Position numbers and translations under genes: made by a program. A stretch of 64,000 nt of DNA from Terriglobia bacterium (GTDB lineage Bacteria > Acidobacteriota > Terriglobia > 20CM-2-55-15), in the NCBI GenBank assembly GCA_965218085.1, contig CBDCKF010000001.1, positions 1,166,581 to 1,230,580 of the forward strand, given 5' to 3'. The notes beneath the pieces are model-generated. The model worked only from the letters and a program-made list of their open reading frames with translations, did not search any database and was not told the DNA's origin. Below, piece after piece: positions 48,333-57,551 of this stretch (its first letter is position 1; every line of letters begins with the position of its first letter).

Positions 48333-50069
48333 TCAGTTCCCGGCGGGAATCAGACGCGGCTGGGCCTCTGCCTGATCGGCTTGTTCGACACGGATCCGCT
48401 CGCCCCAATCCTCGTAGCGACGCACAAACTCCAGATCCCGGTAGGCTCCGGACGGGGCATCCTCCCATGCGAACACGCGGTAGTTCCCCGGAGCGATACC
48501 GCGCATCGAGAAGCGACCGTACTGGTCGGCACTGGCAACTTCATAAAGATCGGTCCGTGCAGAGTCATCCGGAATCAGGACGACCTGCGCCCCCGTGAAG
48601 GGCGCGTCACCGACGGCCACTGCTCCATCGAGGCGCGCTCCGGAACCGCTGATCCAGAACTCCAGGCCGGGCAGGTCGGGTACAACCTGGACTCCGGAGG
48701 TCAGTACGTCCTGGCCGCCGACCCTCGCGGAGGCAAGGTAGGCATCGGCGGGAAGGCCGGTCACCGAGACGCGGTGCGGAGCCCTCGGCACATTGTTCAC
48801 GACGAAGCTGCCGTCGTCGTCCACACGTGCGTTGGGTTCGCCGATCGGCAGCCCGGTCATCGGCTCCAGGCGGACACGCAACCTGGAAACGTTGAGCTCG
48901 TTAGCGCTCTCATCGATCAGGACCTGGCCGGAGACTTGGATTCCGGGTTCTACCGGAACGACCAGGTCCTCGACATCTTCATCCCGGACCTCAATGTCGA
49001 CGAAACCTGTGAACAAGCGTCGGTTACCGCGGTCCTGCCGGCCCATGCTCACACTAGCCGCCACGGTGTAGGAACCCGGGGCCACGCCCGTCAATTCGAA
49101 TCTGCCGTCCCGGCTTCCGCGATCGTTCCGGTCGCGATCCCGACGAAAGCTGATCCGGTTCCGGGTCACACCTCCCCGCGGCACAATGATCACGTTCGGG
49201 GACACGCCCTCTTCGGGCGAGAAAGGTCCCACGACCGTGCCCCGGACAGATTGGGCTCGGGTCGGCAGAAGCGTGAAATTGATGGCCCGAATCTCGACAC
49301 CGGGGTCGACGGAGATTGGCGAAGCTGACAGAGGATCGTTCACCCCAGGGTAATACGTGGCAACAAAGGTTTGCGCGAGTGTTTCCGGCATGGGTGCCTG
49401 AGCCGCAGGCAGTGTTCCACTACCCGGCGCGGGAAGCGGAGCCGCCGCCGCGACAGCTTCGCGCAGGGTTCTCAAGTCGCGAAAGCGATCTTCGTACGTT
49501 GCACTGACGTAGTATTCGTCGGGGATCAGCCAGTACAAGCGGTACTCGCCGAGGTCGTTGGTATTCGCCGAGCGGGAGCGGGAGAGGACCTTCTCGCCGT
49601 CCACGTAGTCATACCACAAGGCGCGAACAGTCGCTCCCTCAATCGGGTTGCCGTCTTCGTCGAAGATCCGGCCCGAGATCGCCCCTGTCGGTACCAGGCT
49701 GATGACGACGTCTTTTGCTTCCTGCCCGGGCTCCAGTACGAGGACGGTGCCCGGCCGAGCAGGGCTGACCTGTCCGTACTGCTGGTCGACGTAGCCATCC
49801 CGTTCGACATGGAGCCGGTAGCTGCCCGGCCTGATGTTTGCCACCCGGAAGCGGCCGCCCGAATCGGTGAGGGCGCCGAACACGGGTCGTCGGCCCTGCT
49901 CAGGTCGGAGTATCACCTGCGCCTGTGCCAGGGGTTCACCCGAACCCAAACGGACGACGAAGCCTTCGATCACCGAGGTTTCCTGCGGACTCTGGATCGG
50001 AGTCTGGGCGAGCGCCACCGAGCTCACTAGCAGGGCCACCGCAGTCCACATCTTGCGATGGGTGTACAT
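48333..50069 (-). CDS. Secreted carboxypeptidase-regulatory-like (Ig/Cna-B) repeat protein
   Basis: Signal peptide; repeated G.V...TD..GRF....PG.Y units. Confidence 0.85.
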   Translation of the reverse strand: MYTHRKMWTAVALLVSSVALAQTPIQSPQETSVIEGFVVRLGSGEPLAQAQVILRPEQGRRPVFGALTDSGGRFRVANIRPGSYRLHVERDGYVDQQYGQVSPARPGTVLVLEPGQEAKDVVISLVPTGAISGRIFDEDGNPIEGATVRALWYDYVDGEKVLSRSRSANTNDLGEYRLYWLIPDEYYVSATYEDRFRDLRTLREAVAAAAPLPAPGSGTLPAAQAPMPETLAQTFVATYYPGVNDPLSASPISVDPGVEIRAINFTLLPTRAQSVRGTVVGPFSPEEGVSPNVIIVPRGGVTRNRISFRRDRDRNDRGSRDGRFELTGVAPGSYTVAASVSMGRQDRGNRRLFTGFVDIEVRDEDVEDLVVPVEPGIQVSGQVLIDESANELNVSRLRVRLEPMTGLPIGEPNARVDDDGSFVVNNVPRAPHRVSVTGLPADAYLASARVGGQDVLTSGVQVVPDLPGLEFWISGSGARLDGAVAVGDAPFTGAQVVLIPDDSARTDLYEVASADQYGRFSMRGIAPGNYRVFAWEDAPSGAYRDLEFVRRYEDWGERIRVEQADQAEAQPRLIPAGN

Positions 50070-50232
50070 CGTTGTCACCGTCTTTGGCACTAAGGGAGGC
50101 CTTCCGAACATTTGCGAAGATTTGACACCATAATACGCCTTCGTTCGATGATTCGTTAACGCAGATCCGGACAGTGCGGCGCCGAAGGAGTTGTTGTCCC
50201 GATCCAGGAAATCATCGCTGGGTCGTTCTTGA

Positions 50233-50432
50233 AGTGATCAACCGAGGGTTGCTTTCTCGCTGAACGGGAGGTGGCTGGCATACCCTTCAGACGGCACAGG
50301 CGGGGAGGGGAGTGTAATTTACGTCCTGTCGTTTCGAGCAACTGGAGGAAGTCCACAACGGACTGCACGGGATGGAGGCGTGATCCCCCTGTGGGTCGGG
50401 CGCTCAATTGTTCTGTCGGCGCCCTATACTTG
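50233..50432 (+). pseudogene. PD40/TolB-like beta-propeller gene fragment
   Basis: Start-less frame reading FSLNGRWLAYPSDGTG...IYV.SF.ATGG....DGG..PLW. Confidence 0.6.
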
Positions 50433-50669
50433 ACAGAGCGTCGAGGGGAGCACTTGTGGTGCGTTTGAATATGATAGCGGAAGGTCCCTTGACAGTCGGC
50501 CTCGAGCGGGAATCGCCAGTTCGAGGCTTTTTCCGGGGACCCTGAGGGCTTACGATGTCACCCGGGACGGGGGCCGGATTATGATGGTCTTCCCTTTAGC
50601 CCGGACCGAGGCTGGCAACGCTAACCGCAAGGAAACAATGATCGTCTTGAATGGGTTTGAAGAAATGAA

Positions 50670-50712
50670 TTTCCTAAACCGGAGGTCGGAACTTCGAGTC
50701 CTTCAAGGGTCA
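50670..50712 (+). repeat. Second, degenerate att copy of the tRNA-Arg 3' half
   Basis: 39/43 identical to 45152-45194. Confidence 0.85.
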
Positions 50713-50767
50713 TCAGGAAATTAAGAGAAAGTGGGTCTCGAACGGCCTGAAAGCGAATAGAAAACTC

Positions 50768-51607
50768 ATGACGCAGAAGATGCCAGACGAACTTGAAGCC
50801 TTCCGTGATTTAACGGAAGGGCTGATAGAGGTCCTTCAGTCGTGGCCTCTATACAGGCGGTTTGAATATGCCGACCACGACAGGCACTTCCTCGACGCAG
50901 AGGGCGAAACCTTTGGAGTCCTCCCTCAAGAGATCACTTTGCCATGTAAGACCTGCAAATCCGAACCGCGTTGGAGACGGACGGGAGGGGGAGTGGGTGG
51001 AGAGGGTCGGATATACCTCAACGCCGAGCCCCACGGTGCTATCTACAAGTGCCGGAATTGTGACCGGCGGGAGATTAGTTTTACGTTTTACTGGTATCTC
51101 ACCAAGGAGGGTGGTCTTTTTCAGAAAGTGGGCCAGTATCCGCCACTTCATTACTTCCACGGCGTTCCTCATGAAATCATGGATACTCTGTCGGATTCTG
51201 ACCTGAAACTCTATCGGCAAGCGCTAAGTAATCGCAACGCGAACTTTGGTATCGGAGCCGTTTCTTACTTACGCCGCGTTGTCGGGCACACGCTGGACGA
51301 CATACTGGAATTGGAAGAGGAGGTGGCCCGAAACACTGGAGGATCGGGTGAGGACCGTGGAGGCTTGGAAGAAGTACGAAATTCGAAAGGCGTCGATCAG
51401 AAAATCGAGCTTGTATCAAAGACATTGTCCGTGCCGATGAAGCCTGGAGGGCACGATCCGTTGGGCTGCCTCCACGACTTGTTCAATGACGCTCGATATT
51501 CGAAAAACGATGAGGAATCGGTCGATGTCTTCGACAAGTCAAAGCTTGTGTTCGAATACCTCGTCAGGGCCTTAAGTAAGGCGACCGGTGAGGCCAAGAG
51601 CCACTAA
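50768..51607 (+). CDS. Hypothetical protein: Zn-ribbon plus DUF4145/HEPN-like helical domain
   Basis: CKTC and CRNC pairs; KVGQYP; GAVSYLRRVV. Confidence 0.65.
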   Translation: MTQKMPDELEAFRDLTEGLIEVLQSWPLYRRFEYADHDRHFLDAEGETFGVLPQEITLPCKTCKSEPRWRRTGGGVGGEGRIYLNAEPHGAIYKCRNCDRREISFTFYWYLTKEGGLFQKVGQYPPLHYFHGVPHEIMDTLSDSDLKLYRQALSNRNANFGIGAVSYLRRVVGHTLDDILELEEEVARNTGGSGEDRGGLEEVRNSKGVDQKIELVSKTLSVPMKPGGHDPLGCLHDLFNDARYSKNDEESVDVFDKSKLVFEYLVRALSKATGEAKSH

Positions 51608-51806
51608 GGATCACTGGGCGACCTTGCAAGCCCTAAAAGGGTTTATCCGATCCTTTCTGAAATGCACGCTCAACCTATTTCGGGACGTCTCCGGCCTTAA
51701 CGACCCTGACCGACCTCTCCGTGAGATTGGAGAAAGACCAAAATGGAGGCCGGATGTTCGAGTCTTCCCGAGGGCCATCTCTCGGCCAGCTCATGCATGT
51801 ATGCAG

Positions 51807-51998
51807 CTAACGCCCCGACTTCGATTTCGCTGTCCGCTTCCGGGCTGGAGCTGTCGCCTTGATGAAGGTCCAGGTTGCGGGCCGATCGTGGACCGGGCAT
51901 TCCGGAAATTCTTGTCCCTCAAGGAGTTCGACTTCGTAGCCGCAGTCGTTCGATCGATAGAACCCTTGTTGTTCGCAGGTCTTGCCCGTCCTGTGCAT
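51807..51998 (-). CDS. Small YjzC-like zinc-ribbon protein
   Basis: TG.TC...G.Y...DCG.EV....G..FP.CP.....ATW; GAGGG RBS. Confidence 0.7.
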   Translation of the reverse strand: MHRTGKTCEQQGFYRSNDCGYEVELLEGQEFPECPVHDRPATWTFIKATAPARKRTAKSKSGR

Positions 51999-52210
51999 CC
52001 TACCCTCTGTTGATTTAGTTCCGTTCTGTTGACCGCGTGTAATTAGACGTTTGAGAACTGAGATCATGAGCCGGAGAAATGGAAAAGATGGGACAGGCAG
52101 GGGGTGGCCGGGCTAACTTGTGTTTGTCCCATTGCTAGCTTAGAATCAATAAGTTTGGAATCGATTGCAGCCCGGCAAGTCTTGTTTATAGGCCGGAGGA
52201 GGTCCGTCCG

Positions 52211-52918
52211 TTGGCACGTAAGAAGTTGACGCGGAAAGAAATTGTCCAGAAGGATGAGATCACGTCGATTCTGGAGTCGGTGACCACCTATGTCGTGAAA
52301 CATGGAAAGCTCATTGCAATCGCTGTGGGCGTTGTGGTCGTTGGCATCGCCGTTGTCGTGGTCTTAAACCTGACCGCGGCCAACCGCGAAGCAGCAGCCC
52401 AGAACGCACTGGCCGAAGTCATTCGTATCTACTCGACGATCACTGAAGAGACGACCGACGAACAACGGTTCCAGGCCACTTTGGTAGAAGCGGCACGTGT
52501 CGAGGCCGACCATCCCGACCAGCCTGCGGCTCAGATCGCCCGATACTATGCCGGCCTGAGTCATGATGGACTGGGGAATTCAAGTGAGGCGATTGGGATT
52601 CTCACCGAGTTGGGCGAATCGGGTGACGAGATGGTCAGTCAGGTTGCACGTTTCGCGTTGGCCGAGACCCATAAGAAACAGGGCGACCTGGAGAGCGCGA
52701 TCGAGGCCTATCAGGCGCTGGCCGATTCAGGGGGCTACTCGCAGAGCGCAGTTCTATACGAGCTGGGACGGCTCTATGAGGCAAAATCGATGCCCGACGA
52801 GGCACGGGGATACTACCAATCTCTCGTGGGCGAGTATCCGAATTCCCCGTTCCGCGAAGACGCGGACCGTGCTCTGAGAAGGCTGACCGGTACCGATTCA
52901 TCCGAGGAACCCTCTTGA
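52211..52918 (+). CDS. YfgM-like membrane-anchored TPR protein
   Basis: N-terminal TM helix, TPRs, YPNS motif. Confidence 0.82.
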   Translation: MARKKLTRKEIVQKDEITSILESVTTYVVKHGKLIAIAVGVVVVGIAVVVVLNLTAANREAAAQNALAEVIRIYSTITEETTDEQRFQATLVEAARVEADHPDQPAAQIARYYAGLSHDGLGNSSEAIGILTELGESGDEMVSQVARFALAETHKKQGDLESAIEAYQALADSGGYSQSAVLYELGRLYEAKSMPDEARGYYQSLVGEYPNSPFREDADRALRRLTGTDSSEEPS

Positions 52919-52984
52919 CCGCAGTCCGGTTGGGCGGATCAGAAGGGATCCGGTCGCTGAGCCCCCGTTCCAGGTGTTTGTAGA

Positions 52985-53593
52985 GTGAACTTGAAATCCA
53001 GTAATTCTCAGGATCGACAGCGCTTTCTCGGAGCCGTAAGTATCGATCTGGCCGATCTCGGTACGGAGCGACTGGATCTCGAAGGCTCTCTCGCACCCGG
53101 CGAACTGGATTTTTCCGAGCACGGAATCCGGCAGATAGAAGCTCTGGACTGGTCGGGTTACATAGAGCGGAAAGGTTCCGACTTCCGCCTTTCCGGGGAA
53201 GTGGTGACCGAGCTCGAACTTGAGTGCGTGCGGTGTCTCGATCCCGTTCGAGAGTCGGTCAAAATAAAATTTGACTTGTTTTTCCAGCAACGCGAGAGTC
53301 TGATTTACGCCGAACATGAAGAAATTGGCTTGGAACAATCCGACACGCAAACCTCGTTTTTGACCGGTTCCGTGTTGCCGGTGAATGAGGTTATTCAGGA
53401 ACAGGTACTTCTCGCTGTGGGGATGAAGCCCCTGTGTCGCTCCGAGTGCAAGGGGCTGTGTCCGATTTGTGGAATCCACCTGAACAAGGATAATTGTGAA
53501 TGTTCCCCTCAGGAGATCAATCCGGCGTTCGAAGCTCTTCGAGAATTCAAGAAGCAGCTGGAAAATCCCAGTCAAGGCGGAGTTAATAACTAA
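52985..53593 (+). CDS. yceD: DUF177 (YceD) protein
   Basis: ECVRCL and PLC..ECKGLCPICG motifs; upstream of rpmF. Confidence 0.9.
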   Translation: MNLKSSNSQDRQRFLGAVSIDLADLGTERLDLEGSLAPGELDFSEHGIRQIEALDWSGYIERKGSDFRLSGEVVTELELECVRCLDPVRESVKIKFDLFFQQRESLIYAEHEEIGLEQSDTQTSFLTGSVLPVNEVIQEQVLLAVGMKPLCRSECKGLCPICGIHLNKDNCECSPQEINPAFEALREFKKQLENPSQGGVNN

Positions 53594-53596
53594 GTC

Positions 53597-53779
53597 ATGC
53601 CAAATCCGAAACGTAGACATTCGAAAACGCGTAAGAATAAGCGGCGTAGTCATGACTCTCTGACCTTGCCGGCGCTTGCGGAATGTTCCAACTGTCACGA
53701 GATCAGACAGCCCCATCGTGCTTGTCCGCACTGCGGTTACTACAAAGGCCGTGAAGTCATCGAGACCGCCGAAGAATAA
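53597..53779 (+). CDS. rpmF: 50S ribosomal protein L32
   Basis: MPNPKRRHSKTR..KRR.H and C..C...PHRACPHCGYYKG. Confidence 0.97.
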   Translation: MPNPKRRHSKTRKNKRRSHDSLTLPALAECSNCHEIRQPHRACPHCGYYKGREVIETAEE

Positions 53780-53788
53780 AACTATCCC

Positions 53789-54865
53789 GTGATCAAAATC
53801 GCAGTCGATGCAATGGGGAGCGATCATGCTCCGGCAGTGGAAGTCGAAGGCGCCGTGCTTGCCGCGGCGGAATACGGCGTTCATGTCGTGCTGGTAGGCC
53901 AACTCGAACCCATCGAGAGGGCTCTCAGAGGTCACGAGACTTCCGGCCTTTCTATCGATGTTCACCATGCCAGCGAGGTTGTTGGCATGGAAGAATCTGC
54001 AATGAGCCCGCTCCGCCGGAAAAAAGATTCTTCGATCCGTATCACCGCCAACCTGATGAGTGAAGGCCGCGTGTCCGGAATCGTCAGTGCGGGTAACACG
54101 GGGGCTGTGATGGCCGCGACCAAAGTCGTCGCAGGCTCGCTTTCGGTGGTCGACCGGCCGGCGCTTTCAACCGTGTTGCCGACGCAGAAGGGAAAGCCCT
54201 CGATCCTGCTTGACGTGGGTGCGAATGTCGATTGCAAGCCTTTGCACCTGGTACAGTTCGCGATCATGGGGGACATATATTCCCGCTTTATTTTCGGCAT
54301 TCGCCGCCCGCGAATCGGATTGTTGTCGATTGGTGAGGAAGATTCGAAAGGGAACGAGCTGACGAAGGAAGTCTTCAAGACTTTGAAGCAGGCTCCACTG
54401 AATTTTGTCGGCAACATCGAGGGTAGAGATATTTTTACAGGTGATGTTGATGTCATCGTCTGCGACGGTTTCACGGGGAACGTTGCCCTCAAGTTGAGTG
54501 AGGGCCTTATAGAAACTGTAACGAGAATGCTGGGTGACGAGCTTCGTCGGACGCTTTCGGCGAAGGTCGGTTACATTTTGGCCCAGAAAGCGTTTCAGCA
54601 ATTCAGCCGCCGAATGGACTATTCCGAATACGGGGGTGCTCCCCTACTGGGCATTAAGGGAATCGGTATCGTTTGTCACGGACGGTCGAACGCGAACGCG
54701 ATCAAGAACGCGATTCGCGTGGCCCACGAATTCTGCGAACAGAACGTCAACGAAGAATTCGAGCGGGAGTTTCATAAGCTAGGCCTGACAAAGCCGGATC
54801 TTCCAGATCCAGAACAATCCGTCGAGAGTGATATTGATGTGTCCCGCTCCGGCGTCATCAGTTAG
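53789..54865 (+). CDS. plsX: Phosphate acyltransferase PlsX
   Basis: AVDAMGSD, SAGNTGA, LDVGAN and DGFTGNVALK motifs. Confidence 0.97.
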   Translation: MIKIAVDAMGSDHAPAVEVEGAVLAAAEYGVHVVLVGQLEPIERALRGHETSGLSIDVHHASEVVGMEESAMSPLRRKKDSSIRITANLMSEGRVSGIVSAGNTGAVMAATKVVAGSLSVVDRPALSTVLPTQKGKPSILLDVGANVDCKPLHLVQFAIMGDIYSRFIFGIRRPRIGLLSIGEEDSKGNELTKEVFKTLKQAPLNFVGNIEGRDIFTGDVDVIVCDGFTGNVALKLSEGLIETVTRMLGDELRRTLSAKVGYILAQKAFQQFSRRMDYSEYGGAPLLGIKGIGIVCHGRSNANAIKNAIRVAHEFCEQNVNEEFEREFHKLGLTKPDLPDPEQSVESDIDVSRSGVIS

Positions 54866-54898
54866 CACAAACCCGCTCTTTTCCTTTTCATCCTTCAA

Positions 54899-55837
54899 AT
54901 GGCATCCCGCAAAATTGCTCTCATGTTCCCGGGTCAAGGCGCCCAGTACGCCGGCATGGGCCGGGAACTGGCCGAGGGCTTTCCATCTGTGGCCGCCCTG
55001 TTCGGGGAAGCCGATCAGGCTTTGGGTTTTGCTATTTCCAAGCTGTGCTTTGAGGGTCCGGAAGAAGAGCTCAAGCTTACCGAAAACACGCAACCGGCTC
55101 TTTTGACGACGGCCGTAGGTGCTTTTAAGGTGCTATCGGAACGCGGTCTGATGCCGGATTTTGTCGCGGGGCATAGCCTGGGTGAGTACAGCGCTTTGGT
55201 TGCTGCGGGCTCGCTTGATTTTTCGAGCGCTGTATCCCTGGTTCGGAATCGAGGACGTTACATGCAGGAAGCTGTTCCCGTGGGTGAAGGTGCGATGGCG
55301 GCGATACTCGGACTCGATTCCGATGCAGTTCGCGCCGTTTGTGAACGCGTTCAGGAATCGGAGGTGGTGACGCCGGCCAATTTCAATTCGCCCGTCCAGA
55401 TCGTGATCGCCGGCCATCGGCCGGGGGTTGAACGAGCCATTATCGAGGCCAAGAGCGCCGGAGCCCGCAGAGCGTTGCTCCTCCCGGTGAGCGCTCCATT
55501 CCATTGCAGTCTGATGCTGCCAGCGGAGAAGCGTCTGTCAGAGGATTTGGATGCGATCGATTTCGGAGATCTGCAGTTTCCCGTCGTGACGAACGTAGAC
55601 GCGCAGGCTGTTCGGACTGGCTCCGAAGCCCGCGAAGCGGTGCGGAGACAGACTTCCAGGCCCGTCCGCTGGCATGAGACCGTGCGTTTTCTCCTCGATT
55701 CGGGAGTCGACACGTTTATCGAAGTTGGACCCGGCAAGGTTCTGACCGGGCTGCTTCGTTCCATCGAAAAGTCGGTTACAATGCTAAACGCGGAGGACGA
55801 GGCTTCGCTGGGCCAGGCCTTGGCCACTCTGCGGTGA
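54899..55837 (+). CDS. fabD: Malonyl-CoA:ACP transacylase
   Basis: FPGQG.Q, GHSLGEY and VSAPFHC motifs. Confidence 0.97.
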   Translation: MASRKIALMFPGQGAQYAGMGRELAEGFPSVAALFGEADQALGFAISKLCFEGPEEELKLTENTQPALLTTAVGAFKVLSERGLMPDFVAGHSLGEYSALVAAGSLDFSSAVSLVRNRGRYMQEAVPVGEGAMAAILGLDSDAVRAVCERVQESEVVTPANFNSPVQIVIAGHRPGVERAIIEAKSAGARRALLLPVSAPFHCSLMLPAEKRLSEDLDAIDFGDLQFPVVTNVDAQAVRTGSEAREAVRRQTSRPVRWHETVRFLLDSGVDTFIEVGPGKVLTGLLRSIEKSVTMLNAEDEASLGQALATLR

Positions 55838-55936
55838 AGGGGGCTAAGCGGGTTCATCCAGCCCTCGTTGTCCTGCCACGAGTTTCTCGCTTCATGCTGC
55901 GTATAGAGAATTGTCTGAAAGACGGAGGTTGTGTAA

Positions 55937-56182
55937 ATGTCTTCTTCGGTTGAAGAAAAAGTCAAAGCGATAATCGTCGAACAGTTGAGTGTCGACGAAT
56001 CGGAGGTCACACCCACGGCTTCGTTCATCGATGACCTGGGAGCAGATTCCCTGGATACGGTGGAGTTGGTCATGGCGCTGGAGGAAGGATTCGGAATAGA
56101 GATTCCCGACGACGCGGCCGAAAAGATCACCACCGTGAAGGAAGCGATGGATTACATCGAAGCTCACGGGCCTAAGAAGTAA
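55937..56182 (+). CDS. acpP: Acyl carrier protein
   Basis: [18 protein letters not shown]. Confidence 0.97.
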   Translation: MSSSVEEKVKAIIVEQLSVDESEVTPTASFIDDLGADSLDTVELVMALEEGFGIEIPDDAAEKITTVKEAMDYIEAHGPKK

Positions 56183-56204
56183 GCGGCATCGGAGGTTTCA
56201 GGTC

Positions 56205-57443
56205 TTGGAGAGGAGAGTCGTTGTTACAGGAGTCGGACTTGTCACCGCGCTCGGTATCGGTACCGATGCGACCTGGGAAGGTCTGCGTGCAGGGCGCAGC
56301 GGAGTCTCTCAGATTACCCGCTTCGATACGACGCAGTTTTCCACAACAGTCGCGGCAGAGCTGACCGATTTTGATCCCTTGAACTGGATCGAGAAGAAAG
56401 AAGCCAAGAAGATGGATAGATTTATCCATTGCGCGATAGCCGCCGCCGCGTTTGCGATGGAACAGTCAGGCCTGGAAATAACTCCGGAGCTTTCCGAAAG
56501 AGCCGGAGTGTTCATCGGTTCAGGAATCGGTGGTTTTAATATTATCGAGCGGGAACACTACAACCTCATACGGGGTGGCCCGCGCAAGATCTCTCCGTTT
56601 TTTATTCCATCCAGCATCATCAATCTGGCAGCCGGACAGGTTTCGATTCGCTTTGGAGCCCGAGGACCCAACTCTGCTCCGTGCACGGCTTGTTCCTCGG
56701 GCGCGCACGCGGTTGGCGATGCTTACGAGTTGATGCGCCGAGGCGAAGCCGACATCATGATTGCCGGGGGCTCTGAATCAGCGATTACTCCAATGGGAAT
56801 CGGCGGATTTGCCGCTATGCGGGCCCTGTCCACTCGTAATGACGAGCCCGAACGGGCCTCCCGACCTTTCGATCTCGAGCGGGACGGTTTCGTTATGGGT
56901 GAAGGTTCCGGGATTCTCGTCCTCGAAGAACTCGAAATGGCGAAGAAGCGCGGCGCGTCCATTCTTGCCGAACTTGTCGGATATGGAATGAGTGGCGATG
57001 CCTATCACATCACGCTCCCATCGGAAGATGGAAACGGCGGGTATCGCGTGATGCTGAACGCACTGAAGAGCGCGGATGTTTCGCCCGATAAAGTGAGCTA
57101 CATCAACGCCCACGGGACGTCCACACCTCCTAATGACCGCTTGGAAACCATGGCCATCAAGAGGCTGTTCGGGGATGGCGCACGGGAGGTAGCCGTCAGT
57201 TCGACCAAGTCGATGCTCGGACACCTTTTGGGTGCCGCTGGAGCCGTCGAAGCCGGGATCAGCGTACTCGCTCTCCAGGACCAGGTCATACCGCCGACGA
57301 TCAATTACGAAAATCCGGATCCGGACTGCGACCTGGATTACGTTCCCAATGAAAGCCGGGACGCCAATCTCGAGTACGTGTTGTCGAATTCTTTCGGATT
57401 CGGCGGCACCAACGCCGCTCTGCTCTTTAAACGTTTCAACTAA
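56205..57443 (+). CDS. fabF: Beta-ketoacyl-ACP synthase II
   Basis: TACSSG, NAHGTST, GHLLGAAG and SNSFGFGG motifs. Confidence 0.97.
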   Translation: MERRVVVTGVGLVTALGIGTDATWEGLRAGRSGVSQITRFDTTQFSTTVAAELTDFDPLNWIEKKEAKKMDRFIHCAIAAAAFAMEQSGLEITPELSERAGVFIGSGIGGFNIIEREHYNLIRGGPRKISPFFIPSSIINLAAGQVSIRFGARGPNSAPCTACSSGAHAVGDAYELMRRGEADIMIAGGSESAITPMGIGGFAAMRALSTRNDEPERASRPFDLERDGFVMGEGSGILVLEELEMAKKRGASILAELVGYGMSGDAYHITLPSEDGNGGYRVMLNALKSADVSPDKVSYINAHGTSTPPNDRLETMAIKRLFGDGAREVAVSSTKSMLGHLLGAAGAVEAGISVLALQDQVIPPTINYENPDPDCDLDYVPNESRDANLEYVLSNSFGFGGTNAALLFKRFN

Positions 57444-57551
57444 ATCGACACCGGATACCGAGTTCCGGATACTGTGCTATCAACTCGGCCTTGTTCATTG
57501 AGGAAACCGGGCGTTCTATCCTGAAATTTCCCGGTTTGCTATCCTGCATCC

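Larger units (their letters stand above)
48125..50712. mobile_element. tRNA-Arg-integrated island 2 (~2.6 kb, older)
   Basis: Bounded by a more decayed tRNA 3' copy at 50670-50712; short tggggac direct repeats at ~48173-48191. Confidence 0.68.
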
